The position numbers and the translations under genes are program-made. Under the pieces are notes generated by a model, which saw only the letters and a program-made list of their open reading frames with translations, was not told where the DNA came from and searched no databases. Shown here piece after piece: positions 17,948 through 27,162 of a DNA stretch of 64,000 nt (the first letter of the stretch is position 1; each line of letters begins with the position of its first letter). The stretch comes from Candidatus Ozemobacteraceae bacterium (GTDB taxonomy: Bacteria; Muiribacteriota; Ozemobacteria; Ozemobacterales; Ozemobacteraceae), in the NCBI GenBank assembly GCA_965140445.1, contig OZ223236.1, positions 2,784,001-2,848,000 on the forward strand, read 5' to 3'.

Positions 17948-20900
17948 TTTTTAATGCCTGAAGAAACTTGTTTTACCCTTTCCCTTGTTTCATGAGCCAT
18001 TCTTAGGAGGTCTCGAACTTTAAGCTTTTTAATCTTAAAATGATTTCTGTCTATGACTGGTTTGGTCATTTTTGGCGTAAATGGACGAGTGGTATTAAAC
18101 ATTTCCGGTGGAGAATTTGAAGCTTGATCAGAGTTTGTTTTTGAAAACAAATATTCCAATGAAATTTCATCGGGTGCATTCTTTGCTGATGAAAGAGGCT
18201 TTAAATAAAGGCTTCTACCAAGATAAAACTTCGCTTGCTTTCTTAATTCCTCATAAAATACCTCTAGAGCAGGTGCTGGTGATACTGTGAAAACAATTTC
18301 GCCGGTTCCGGAAGTTGGCTCATAGGTTTTATTTGCAGTCAGGAATGGAAAACGAAGTGGAAGAGAGTTTAAAAAGCTGTCAATAATCTCAATGGGGCAA
18401 ATCTTAGATTTAATGGAATGAAATGAATCGAAACAAGCCTGATTAATTCGATATTCAGGTACCATTATTTCATCAAATGAAAGCTTACTCATTATTGTTG
18501 CCATCAGCATGCGTTTTTGCCTAAATGGGAACTTAGACGGAATTTCAAGGGATGTAGAAAACTCAAACATACGTTCTCCCATGTTGGCTAAGAATTTTAT
18601 TTGGGCTTTGTTAGCAACAATTGAATTTTGAGATTCTTTAACCGAAACAATTTCATTTGAAGGGTTAAAGAAATGATATAAAAAGCTTAAGGATCTTGCT
18701 GGTAGAGTTCTTAATAAAAAATCCTGGTCAAAACCAAAACTAAAAGATTTGTTCGATAAAAGCGCATCAGAATCAAAAATTGTAACAGCGCCCCTTGCCG
18801 ATGCTTTTTCTGAAGAAACAAAAAGATCAAAAATTCTTTTTATGTTTGCTTGCCTATCTTGATTTGGAAGAACCAAAGCTTGCAAGGAAATTGGTTCCTC
18901 GGTTGGGAAATCTCCTATCTTAAAATAAGTGTTTTCATCCTTTAAGGTTTCGATTGAAAACTGGCATGAGGTAGGAGATTTCTTCGATAAGCTGGCAAGA
19001 TTTAAAAAGCCTTTTCTGGAAAGGTTTAATTTCTTTTGTAGTTCGCTATCTAAAACCCTATCAGAATTGTATTCAACTAAGGGGTTCTTCTGATACTTCC
19101 ATGGCTCGGCAAGCTTGATGCTACAAGGCAGGATATCTTGCAGAAATTTTTTGGTTTCTGGAAATTTAACATAGGGAATTGTTTTAAGGCTTTTTGTTGA
19201 AGAAAAGAAACAATGATCAACTTTTAAGGTAAAAGGAGAAAGTTCCGGATTAACAAATTGCTTGTACAGGAAAGAGAAATTTAGAGATTTTTTCTTTGCA
19301 TACAACTTTTGGTTAAAATTTAATTCAGTATTTAAAGCTGATTTTCTTTCTGAAATTTCAGTTTCAAAAGGGACTTCAGAAAAAGAATAGCTAATAAAGC
19401 TTTGCTCGAGAAGGAGAGGATCATATTTGAATCTGTTTTGTGGAATAAACTCTGATTCCGTAACGTATTTGTCCGTCTCATTTATAAATGAAATTATTGG
19501 CGTGAAAGCTTTTTCACTGACAGTGCTGAGGCTATTCAAAGAATATTCTTCCAATTCTTTGTCGATGCTTAGATCTTTAGTAAAATCAGTGTTTTCATAG
19601 CTAAGATCTGGCAGAACAGAAGTTTCCAGCTTTCTTAAAATTGGTTTTTCAATTTTTTTGTCTATGTTTGGTGAAAAAACTTTGGAATTGCTTGAATTAG
19701 CTGGTTCAAAAATGAATTGCAGTTCCTCTGGTAAACCTCTTGATACTTTAGGAAATGGGCATGGAATAGGGGCTTGAGAAAAATAAGATGAAACAGGATT
19801 AACAATATTTATCGTTTTGGGAATAATCTGGCTTTCAATTGATTTGCCATATATTTTTCTGGTAACAAAGTGATCTATGGGGAGAGCAAATAGTCTTTCA
19901 CCTTTTATTCTGATAGTTTTAGTGGAAAAAATATTCTCGGACCTAAATCCAGTATTGGTGTCAGGAAAATGGGTTGGTATAGAGTCTTCCAAAAACCAAT
20001 TTCTTGAAAAAAGATCAGGAATTTTCGATGATAACTCAAAATTTCTGTCGAGTAGAAGTCCAGGTTTCATCGTGTAAGCAAGTTCATTCATCTTTTCCCG
20101 GTTAACCTTTTCCTCTGTATGAGAAAAGGATGCAGAAAATCTGCAACTATTGCTTGTATTGACAGAAAATTCGGAGGGAATAAAAAAATGGGTAACTCCA
20201 CCACTGGATGTTCTGGATTCATCTTCCAGATAAGGTAGTGCTGTGAAACGTTTTCCAAGAAACCCAAGAATATGAGACAATGTTGGAATTTCTTTCAACA
20301 AGAGAACTTGTTTAAAAACTAATGGGGAAAGAAAGGGAGTTTTATAATAAAAGTAATCTAAATTTTCATTAATCCCAAAACCAGTTTTCCATGCAAAGCG
20401 ATCATCAAAGCTAAAAAGGGGCTTTACTGATAATGAGGCGATTTTCAAGTAATCTGAAAAACTAAGTTTTTTTAAGGACCTGGGGATCGCTGGAAAATTA
20501 AAATTCTCTGGACTTTTCAATTGCACTGAATTTGGAGCTAAATCGTAATCGATTTTGGTTTCAATTGGCAAAAGAGGTTTGGAATCTCCAGAAATTCTTA
20601 CACGTAACCTGTAGTTCGTTTCATTTTCCTCCAGAAAAACCTGGATGTCTGAAGTTGGAAGAAATAATCTGGCGGCAATTTTTTTCTGAAGTCTTTCAAT
20701 ATAGGGAGTTAGAGAATTTAGAAGATTGCCATCTAAAGATGGGCAAAAATCCTCATGATGGTGGGAGTCTTCTATTTCATTACTCTGTATCTGTTGTTTT
20801 AAAACTCTCAAAAGATATGAAAAAACTTGCCTGAGGTATGATCCTTCATCAAGAACTATTGGATTCGCAGTATTTCTTTGATGGGGAAATTCTTCGTTAG

Positions 20901-21606
20901 TGTGAATAACAAATGAATGGGGAAATTTAAAAATTGATTTAACTTCGCTTGCAGTAAGTGAAGAATCATTTATTGCTCTACCTTCATTTTCTCTCGGAAC
21001 TTTATTGAAGCAGACAAGCATGCTTTCCTTGAGGTGATAAAGTAAGCCAGGATTTTTAAGGAGGGTTGCATCCAGATCGACCAGACTGTTTTGGTCTGTT
21101 TGGGAGACGATTATGGTTTGTGGCTGATTGTTTTTCCACAAAAATCTATCTTCAAGTATTTGACTTAAGTTGCCAAAAACTTCAATTCCTGGGGGAAGGT
21201 TTATCAACAAATAATCAAAGGTTGCTCTAACTTGATTAAAAAAATCTCTTAAAGAAGTATCGTAAAAAATATCTGATATGGACTTAAGATGCTGAGCAGG
21301 GAAAATTGATATTTTTTCTGTGTCGGAAAAGTATATGGCTTTTTTAAAGCGGGAACCGCTTTCTGCTTGAAGATCAGAAATGTCTGAATATTGTTGTAAA
21401 ACTACTGAAGCGGGAAAAGCATTTACTAATTTGGCAGGTGAGTCTTTGTCTAAATCAATTATCGCAACTTTGTTGCTGGAATAGTTCAAGAAAATTGAAA
21501 GATTCGCAACAGAAGACGCCTTTCCGGCAAGCTTCCGGACTGACGCAAAAAAGTAAGTTGGAGTTAAATAAGAGACCCTTCCCATTGTATGCACATCATA
21601 CCACAA
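17944..21606 (-). CDS. 1220-aa protein: degenerate ParA/MinD-like domain (about aa 15-270) plus long orphan F/S/K/P-rich tail
   Basis: FASVRKLAGKASSVANLS...KVAIIDLD...FDYLLINLPPG...CFNKVP follows the ParA/MinD motif order. Confidence 0.75.
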   Translation of the reverse strand: MWYDVHTMGRVSYLTPTYFFASVRKLAGKASSVANLSIFLNYSSNKVAIIDLDKDSPAKLVNAFPASVVLQQYSDISDLQAESGSRFKKAIYFSDTEKISIFPAQHLKSISDIFYDTSLRDFFNQVRATFDYLLINLPPGIEVFGNLSQILEDRFLWKNNQPQTIIVSQTDQNSLVDLDATLLKNPGLLYHLKESMLVCFNKVPRENEGRAINDSSLTASEVKSIFKFPHSFVIHTNEEFPHQRNTANPIVLDEGSYLRQVFSYLLRVLKQQIQSNEIEDSHHHEDFCPSLDGNLLNSLTPYIERLQKKIAARLFLPTSDIQVFLEENETNYRLRVRISGDSKPLLPIETKIDYDLAPNSVQLKSPENFNFPAIPRSLKKLSFSDYLKIASLSVKPLFSFDDRFAWKTGFGINENLDYFYYKTPFLSPLVFKQVLLLKEIPTLSHILGFLGKRFTALPYLEDESRTSSGGVTHFFIPSEFSVNTSNSCRFSASFSHTEEKVNREKMNELAYTMKPGLLLDRNFELSSKIPDLFSRNWFLEDSIPTHFPDTNTGFRSENIFSTKTIRIKGERLFALPIDHFVTRKIYGKSIESQIIPKTINIVNPVSSYFSQAPIPCPFPKVSRGLPEELQFIFEPANSSNSKVFSPNIDKKIEKPILRKLETSVLPDLSYENTDFTKDLSIDKELEEYSLNSLSTVSEKAFTPIISFINETDKYVTESEFIPQNRFKYDPLLLEQSFISYSFSEVPFETEISERKSALNTELNFNQKLYAKKKSLNFSFLYKQFVNPELSPFTLKVDHCFFSSTKSLKTIPYVKFPETKKFLQDILPCSIKLAEPWKYQKNPLVEYNSDRVLDSELQKKLNLSRKGFLNLASLSKKSPTSCQFSIETLKDENTYFKIGDFPTEEPISLQALVLPNQDRQANIKRIFDLFVSSEKASARGAVTIFDSDALLSNKSFSFGFDQDFLLRTLPARSLSFLYHFFNPSNEIVSVKESQNSIVANKAQIKFLANMGERMFEFSTSLEIPSKFPFRQKRMLMATIMSKLSFDEIMVPEYRINQACFDSFHSIKSKICPIEIIDSFLNSLPLRFPFLTANKTYEPTSGTGEIVFTVSPAPALEVFYEELRKQAKFYLGRSLYLKPLSSAKNAPDEISLEYLFSKTNSDQASNSPPEMFNTTRPFTPKMTKPVIDRNHFKIKKLKVRDLLRMAHETRERVKQVSSGIKK

Positions 21607-21644
21607 CCATCAGGCTAAGGAAATGATAATTGAGAAGAAATGAA

Positions 21645-22535
21645 TTACTTTAACTCGATGCACATGCCTTCAACTGCAAAATCTAAATTTTTAAAATATT
21701 CACGGGCTTTGGCTTGCATTTCATCAAGTTTATCATCGTTATGAAGAGGATCGTGATGGGTAATAATTAATCTTTTGGCCTGCGCTGCCTTGGCGACGCG
21801 AATACCTTCAGTTGGGGTTGAATGGCCAAAACCTTCTTTCCCTGGGGCTTCAATTCCATATTTTAGCGGGGAATACTCTTCGGGTGTGTATTGGCCATCG
21901 TAAATTAAAACGTCTGCATTGGTTGCTAATTTTAGCAGGTTTTGATCTATTGATCCATCAGAAGGGTGTTCGCAATCGGTTGCGATACATATGCTATGAT
22001 TTTCATCTTCAATTCTGTAGCCAAGAACTCCATTTGGATGAATTAGTCTGGCAGCTGAAATTACCGTTGAACCAATCTGAACTTTATTGTTTTGAAAAGT
22101 GTGGAACTTTATTTCTGAAGAAAGGTAGCCAAGATCGACTGGAAAATAGAAATTATCCATTTGTCCTCGAAGAGTTGCCTCTAGTCGGTCATCAACATCT
22201 GAAGCGCCATAAAGATGGAAAGTGTTTCCTGATCCGGAGACTCTTGCGCCCTTTTCATCCTTTTTGCCAACATAAGCTGGTGCAAAAAAAGGAAAACCTT
22301 GAATATGGTCCCAATGAGAATGAGTAAAGAAAAGGAAGGCATTGCCTTTGCCCTGTCCAAATTCACGCTTCATCATTTCCAGACCCAGAACTCTTATTCC
22401 AGTTCCGGCATCAAAGATAATCAGGTCACCATCTTTTGACTGAACTTCTATGCAGGTAGTATTTCCACCATACCTAGCAGTTTCCTGACCAGGGACAGGT
22501 ATTGAGCCTCGAACACCCCAGAATTTAATTAACAC
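21645..22535 (-). CDS. MBL-fold metallo-hydrolase (RNase Z/phosphodiesterase-like)
   Basis: FWGVRGSIP, YGGNTTC, DAGTG, THSHWDH, HP, TDCEH, GHS, HHDP. Confidence 0.9.
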   Translation of the reverse strand: MLIKFWGVRGSIPVPGQETARYGGNTTCIEVQSKDGDLIIFDAGTGIRVLGLEMMKREFGQGKGNAFLFFTHSHWDHIQGFPFFAPAYVGKKDEKGARVSGSGNTFHLYGASDVDDRLEATLRGQMDNFYFPVDLGYLSSEIKFHTFQNNKVQIGSTVISAARLIHPNGVLGYRIEDENHSICIATDCEHPSDGSIDQNLLKLATNADVLIYDGQYTPEEYSPLKYGIEAPGKEGFGHSTPTEGIRVAKAAQAKRLIITHHDPLHNDDKLDEMQAKAREYFKNLDFAVEGMCIELK

Positions 22536-22574
22536 TTTTGTTAAACTACCTTTCCTATCAAAAAGTTACGCTCA

Positions 22575-23453
22575 CTAAAGGCACATTGAAACCATTGATT
22601 CTACAACTCTTTCCAGATCGTCGTGGTCGTAAAATTCAATTTCAATTCGTCCCTTTACTTTGCCTTGTCTGATCCTGACTTTTGCGCCCAGGATTTCTTG
22701 AAGATTTTCTTCTACAGCTCTAACATGAAGGTCTGTGCTCATAGACCCGTTGTCCTTTCGTTTTAGTGCTTTACTAAGATTTCTTTTTGAGTTTGAAATC
22801 TGTTTTTCTGTTTCATAAACCGAAAGCTGATCTTTAAGAATTCTTTTTACCCAGGTTTTTATTTCTAGCGGATCTTTCATGCCAGCAAGCATTTTTGCAT
22901 GTCCAGCAGAAAGTTTTCCTTCAGCGACAATTTTTTGTATGTCTTTAGGTAATTGAAGTAATCTAAGACGGTTTGTTAGAGCAGACCTACTTCTTCCAAC
23001 CTTTTCTGCGAGTTGGTCATGGGTTAGTCCATGATTTAAAAGTATTTCTCTTAGAGTTATGGCTTCTTCAATTGGATTTAAATCTTGTCGTTGAATATTT
23101 TCAATTAATCCAGCAAGCAAAGTTTTTTCTTCATTAAGCTGTTTTATTACAGCAGGAATAAACTTCAAACCTGCAAGCTTGCTTGCGCGGAATCTTCTTT
23201 CTCCGGAGACAATCTGGTAGCCATTACCAAAATTGCGAACCAGGATTGGTTGAAGAATTCCATTTTCGCGTATAGATTGTGCCAATTCTTCCAGCAGTCG
23301 GTTATCAAAGAACTTACGTGGTTGATTTGGATTTGGAAAAACCTCATCCAATGAAAGCAGATTAAATTCCAATATCTTGGAAATATCTGTTTCAGAAACC
23401 ACTTCCCTTGTTACATCGGCTGTATTGTCAAATTTGTTTAGCATCTTATCCAC
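22575..23453 (-). CDS. parB: ParB/Spo0J-family CTPase DNA-binding protein
   Basis: PNPNQPRK, GILQPILVR, SGERRFRA, ENIQRQDLNPIEEA, HTH THDQLAEKVGRSRSALTNRLRLL, GHAKML, C-terminal dimerisation domain. Confidence 0.92.
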   Translation of the reverse strand: MDKMLNKFDNTADVTREVVSETDISKILEFNLLSLDEVFPNPNQPRKFFDNRLLEELAQSIRENGILQPILVRNFGNGYQIVSGERRFRASKLAGLKFIPAVIKQLNEEKTLLAGLIENIQRQDLNPIEEAITLREILLNHGLTHDQLAEKVGRSRSALTNRLRLLQLPKDIQKIVAEGKLSAGHAKMLAGMKDPLEIKTWVKRILKDQLSVYETEKQISNSKRNLSKALKRKDNGSMSTDLHVRAVEENLQEILGAKVRIRQGKVKGRIEIEFYDHDDLERVVESMVSMCL

Positions 23454-23535
23454 TTTTTATTGCAGGTAGCTTTGCCATAAATAGAAGTTATGTTAAATTA
23501 AAGTATATTATAACACAAAAATGGAGGGTGGGTAT

Positions 23536-24768
23536 ATGAACTATTCAAAGTCGGGGTTGTGTACTTTTAAACGCGCTTTTATAGCTATAATACTTATAGG
23601 TTTGTATGCACCCATGATACATTCTCAACCACTTCAGATGACTCAGGAATTTCAGGATTCAAGACAATTACTTGCCCAGGGCTCGTACAACGAAGCTGTG
23701 GATAAACTTAAATCTTTATTAGGAACTAGCAAACATTATGGCCCGGCCATGATTGAAATTGGAAAAATTCGAATGAAGCAGGCTGAATACGAAATGTCCA
23801 GCGCATTGGCACACTTTAGTGAGGCTGCTGATTCTATGAAGGTTGGCTTACTGGACAATAAAAGTGGTGCTGGTGCAGAAACGCCCAAGATTCTTTATGA
23901 TCTCGGGCGTGTATACGAAGAACGTCTAAAAAATTATCCTGAAGCCATAGAAGTTTTCGAACGAGTTACAAATGATTATCCTGGTTTTTTATCTATAGAT
24001 AAAGTCTACTTTCATCTTGCAACTTGTTATGAACTTACAGGTCAGCGGGAAAATGCCGCCGAAGTCTACAAAAAGATCGTAGCTGAATTCCCCTATAGTA
24101 CCTTCTTTAAGGCATCTCAGGAAAAAATGAAAGAATTGGCCATTGGAACAGGACAACAAGAGGGTGCAATGGAACTGCAGGAAGAGCTCGTGGAAGACTC
24201 GCAAACGGTCGGCCAGGAGGCAAAAGCAAATCTCGATTTGGGCGATATGAGGCTTGAAGCGGGAGACTTTTCTCAGGCAGAAAAGGCTTATCGGGATGCA
24301 ATAAATTCAGGTGGCGGAGAAGAAGTGACAGTAACAGCTTATCGAAAATTAATTAATTTGCTGGATGAAAAGCAGAAAGATTATGAAGGTGCTGCGAAAA
24401 CAGTTGAAGAAATGATAGGGAGATATCCAGATCATCCAGGAAATGAAGATTATGTTTATAGGTTGGGAAGAATTTATGAAGAAGATCTTCAAACCCTTAA
24501 AACAACAGTGATTGATGGTAAAGTTCGATACAGAAAAAGTTCAGAAAATGTAGAAAAGGCATTAAACTTTTACAATTCAGTTACCGAAAAATACCCTGAT
24601 GCCGATGTATCAGCTGATGCATTTTTGCGAAAGGGCGAACTTTACGAAAAGGAACTGAGGGATTATGGAAAAGCTAAGGAATCCTATAGGGAGTTTTTGC
24701 GGCGATTCCCAAACCATTATGACGCAAGAAAAATACAAGAGAGACTCGACGAAATCGAAAACTACTGA
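23536..24768 (+). CDS. exported TPR protein (CpoB/BamD-like repeats)
   Basis: Signal peptide; TPRs ending in YP motifs (TNDYP, AEFP, GRYP, EKYP, RRFP); start moved to the ATG behind GGAGG. Confidence 0.8.
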   Translation: MNYSKSGLCTFKRAFIAIILIGLYAPMIHSQPLQMTQEFQDSRQLLAQGSYNEAVDKLKSLLGTSKHYGPAMIEIGKIRMKQAEYEMSSALAHFSEAADSMKVGLLDNKSGAGAETPKILYDLGRVYEERLKNYPEAIEVFERVTNDYPGFLSIDKVYFHLATCYELTGQRENAAEVYKKIVAEFPYSTFFKASQEKMKELAIGTGQQEGAMELQEELVEDSQTVGQEAKANLDLGDMRLEAGDFSQAEKAYRDAINSGGGEEVTVTAYRKLINLLDEKQKDYEGAAKTVEEMIGRYPDHPGNEDYVYRLGRIYEEDLQTLKTTVIDGKVRYRKSSENVEKALNFYNSVTEKYPDADVSADAFLRKGELYEKELRDYGKAKESYREFLRRFPNHYDARKIQERLDEIENY

Positions 24769-25486
24769 TTCTGTAGAACAATATAAATCAATTAAAGAAA
24801 CCCGGCAGAAAACCACTGTCTGGTTTCTTTTTTTGCTTGCTTTGTTATTTTCACCAGCGACAGTATTTGCTGAGGCTACCGTTATGGGGCTTTCTGGAAC
24901 CATGTTGGTGCCCGGAATTGACATTATTCCGCAGGGAGGAGCAAGAGCTGCTTTTCATACTATCGGAGTAAATGAATTTGACGAAGCTTCTTTTAAAGGC
25001 GTTTTTGCTTTTTCTGATGATTCTGAAGTTGCAATTATAAAAAGATTTTCAATTAGTGGAACCACTGATCAAACCGATCCTCTTTTTGCCGGAAAATACA
25101 AAATCCGCCCAAATATGGCTGTGGCCGCTGTAGTAGATCCTAATGACGGATATAAAGATTCTGTAATGCTTTTAACTGGTATGCCTGGTAACAAAGTTGT
25201 ATTGGGGTTGGGAACAAACATTGCAATGACTGAAAAAGAAAAAAAAGCTTCATTTGGCAGGTATAGTAAAGACGGATTGGAAGCTGATCCAGTGTTCTTT
25301 GTGTTCGGAGCAAGTTTAAATATTGATTTTGATACCAAACTGACTCTCGATTATGCCGGAAATGATTTTTGTGTGGGTTTAAGGCATTCCTTAGACGAGA
25401 ACCTTACTTTAGATTTTGGTTTTTTAACCCCTGATAGAATTCATACTGAGAGTAGATTTCTTTTAGGCGCAAACTTTGGGTTTTAA
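24719..25486 (+). CDS. putative outer-membrane beta-barrel protein (YjbH-like); start uncertain
   Basis: Hydrophobic signal ending VFA; GLSGTMLVPG N-terminal motif; alternating beta strands; C-terminal LGANFGF with terminal Phe. Confidence 0.6.
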   Translation: MTQEKYKRDSTKSKTTDSVEQYKSIKETRQKTTVWFLFLLALLFSPATVFAEATVMGLSGTMLVPGIDIIPQGGARAAFHTIGVNEFDEASFKGVFAFSDDSEVAIIKRFSISGTTDQTDPLFAGKYKIRPNMAVAAVVDPNDGYKDSVMLLTGMPGNKVVLGLGTNIAMTEKEKKASFGRYSKDGLEADPVFFVFGASLNIDFDTKLTLDYAGNDFCVGLRHSLDENLTLDFGFLTPDRIHTESRFLLGANFGF

Positions 25487-25492
25487 AATAAA

Positions 25493-26173
25493 TTGCTTAT
25501 CACCTGGTTTAACCTACTATTAATAATTCTTATAACTTTCTTGTCATATAAATATTTTGACCTGAAAGAAAAGTTGGTTTCTCCAGACAAAAAGTATATT
25601 GGATATTTATCTGGAATCTCTGAACTGGTAGACGGAATAGAATGCCATGAAAAGGGACACGCCCAGAATGTTGCAAAGCTTGCAGATGAAATTGCTGCTG
25701 AGCTTGGGTTGTCAGAATCAAGTCGAACCTCATTATATATCGCAAGTCTGTTGCACGATGTTGGTGAAATGGTTTTGCCAAGAAACATTTTAAAATCTTC
25801 TACAAAGCTGGACAAAGAACAGAAATATCTAATTCAAAATCACCCATTAATTGGGGAAATGCAGCTTAGAGGCAAAATTGAGCTTCTCGATGAAGTTCCT
25901 TCAATCGTAAGATGGCACCATGAAAGATATGATGGTTTTGGTTATCCCGATGGTTTAAAAGGTGATGAAATTCCAACTACCGCACAAATTTTAAATCTTG
26001 CAGATGCGGTTGTTTCTATGCAAAGTGACAGACCCTATAGAAACGCATTTAAGTTTGAAAGAATAAAAACTGAAGTTTTGAGACAATCCGGTTTGCAGTT
26101 TTCTCCTGAAACCGTAAAGGCCTGGCTGGAACTAGTTGACGGCCCAATTGATAAAAACAAAGGAGAAAATTAA
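25493..26173 (+). CDS. membrane-anchored HD-GYP domain protein (cyclic dinucleotide phosphodiesterase family)
   Basis: N-terminal TM; GHAQNV, LHDVG, HP..G, HHERYDGFGYPDGLKG, AD, DRPYR. Confidence 0.85.
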   Translation: MLITWFNLLLIILITFLSYKYFDLKEKLVSPDKKYIGYLSGISELVDGIECHEKGHAQNVAKLADEIAAELGLSESSRTSLYIASLLHDVGEMVLPRNILKSSTKLDKEQKYLIQNHPLIGEMQLRGKIELLDEVPSIVRWHHERYDGFGYPDGLKGDEIPTTAQILNLADAVVSMQSDRPYRNAFKFERIKTEVLRQSGLQFSPETVKAWLELVDGPIDKNKGEN

Positions 26174-26174
26174 T

Positions 26175-27110
26175 ATGCGCCTGCAGTCCTCGTGGATAAT
26201 GGAAACCGTTTCTGACCTGGGTAATGTGAAAGATGTTTTTTTCCCTTATGTGAAAAGGTTTTCAAATTTGTCCTGGTTTAAGACCAGAGAAATTCCAATG
26301 CGCATCAATAATCCATTGGATAGTCAGGCTATTTTGTTAAAATCCTTTGTTGATAGTATGAGTGGCGAGTTTCAGGATAGAAACCGGAAAAAATTCAATC
26401 AGATTATTAAAAAGCCACTTGAACTGGAAATGAATCCGTTTCAAAAATGGAATGATGTGTATTTTTCAAGACGGCAGTTGGATTACTTGTTTTATTGGCG
26501 AGAAGCTGCTTACGAGATCGAATGCAAAAACCAGCGCGATATTTTTTGGAGTTCTGTGTACAACATTATTTCTTATTGGCTTTCAAATCGGCTTAGAAAA
26601 GTTGAAGTTGCAGTGGAGCCGGATGAAATAATGGACATGGTCTTGAATAGACAAAAAGAATTGGTTGAAGATAAATACAATGAGATAAAGATTTCAAATA
26701 CGAACTTTGAAGAGCTGGTCGCAGAAGATTGCAGTCTTGCTGTTTTTCCTTTGATTTTTAAGAAGGAAGAAGGTGAAGAAGATTTTATCCAGACAATTTT
26801 TCATGCGTGGTTTCATGGCCATGCAAATTGCGATAGGGCTGCAACGGAAATCAAGAATTCTGTGAAAAATTATGCTTATTCTCTCGATGGTAAAAATGAT
26901 TTAAGTTCATATTTAAAATTGGCTGAAAAATCTCGCATAGTTGCAGTTACATGGAGTGGTGGAGGCATGGCTCCAGCGTTACATGAGCAGTTTGTGGTCG
27001 AACCATTTAAGCAGGCCTTTTCAAATTTATACCAGAAGACGAGATTTTCAATTAAGACTGTTGATTTAAGTAAAGATGAATTTGATTTCCTGTTAGTTTT
27101 TTTTAATTAA
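26175..27110 (+). CDS. hypothetical protein resembling an inactivated D12-class DNA adenine methyltransferase
   Basis: Start at ATG behind AGGAG; scaffold motifs in MTase order, but motif I (DxFxGxG) and DPPY are degenerate (see findings). Confidence 0.55.
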   Translation: MRLQSSWIMETVSDLGNVKDVFFPYVKRFSNLSWFKTREIPMRINNPLDSQAILLKSFVDSMSGEFQDRNRKKFNQIIKKPLELEMNPFQKWNDVYFSRRQLDYLFYWREAAYEIECKNQRDIFWSSVYNIISYWLSNRLRKVEVAVEPDEIMDMVLNRQKELVEDKYNEIKISNTNFEELVAEDCSLAVFPLIFKKEEGEEDFIQTIFHAWFHGHANCDRAATEIKNSVKNYAYSLDGKNDLSSYLKLAEKSRIVAVTWSGGGMAPALHEQFVVEPFKQAFSNLYQKTRFSIKTVDLSKDEFDFLLVFFN

Positions 27111-27162
27111 GAATTCAAATACCGTCTTTTTAATAAGGCCTCCTTGTGTTAAACTTTAGGCC

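Noticed and set aside
13937..21606. Giant ORFs as non-coding DNA, pseudogenes or wrong-strand calls
   Set aside because: 3.6-4 kb stop-free frames in AT-rich DNA with an ATGA overlap, and the opposite strand has only short ORFs.
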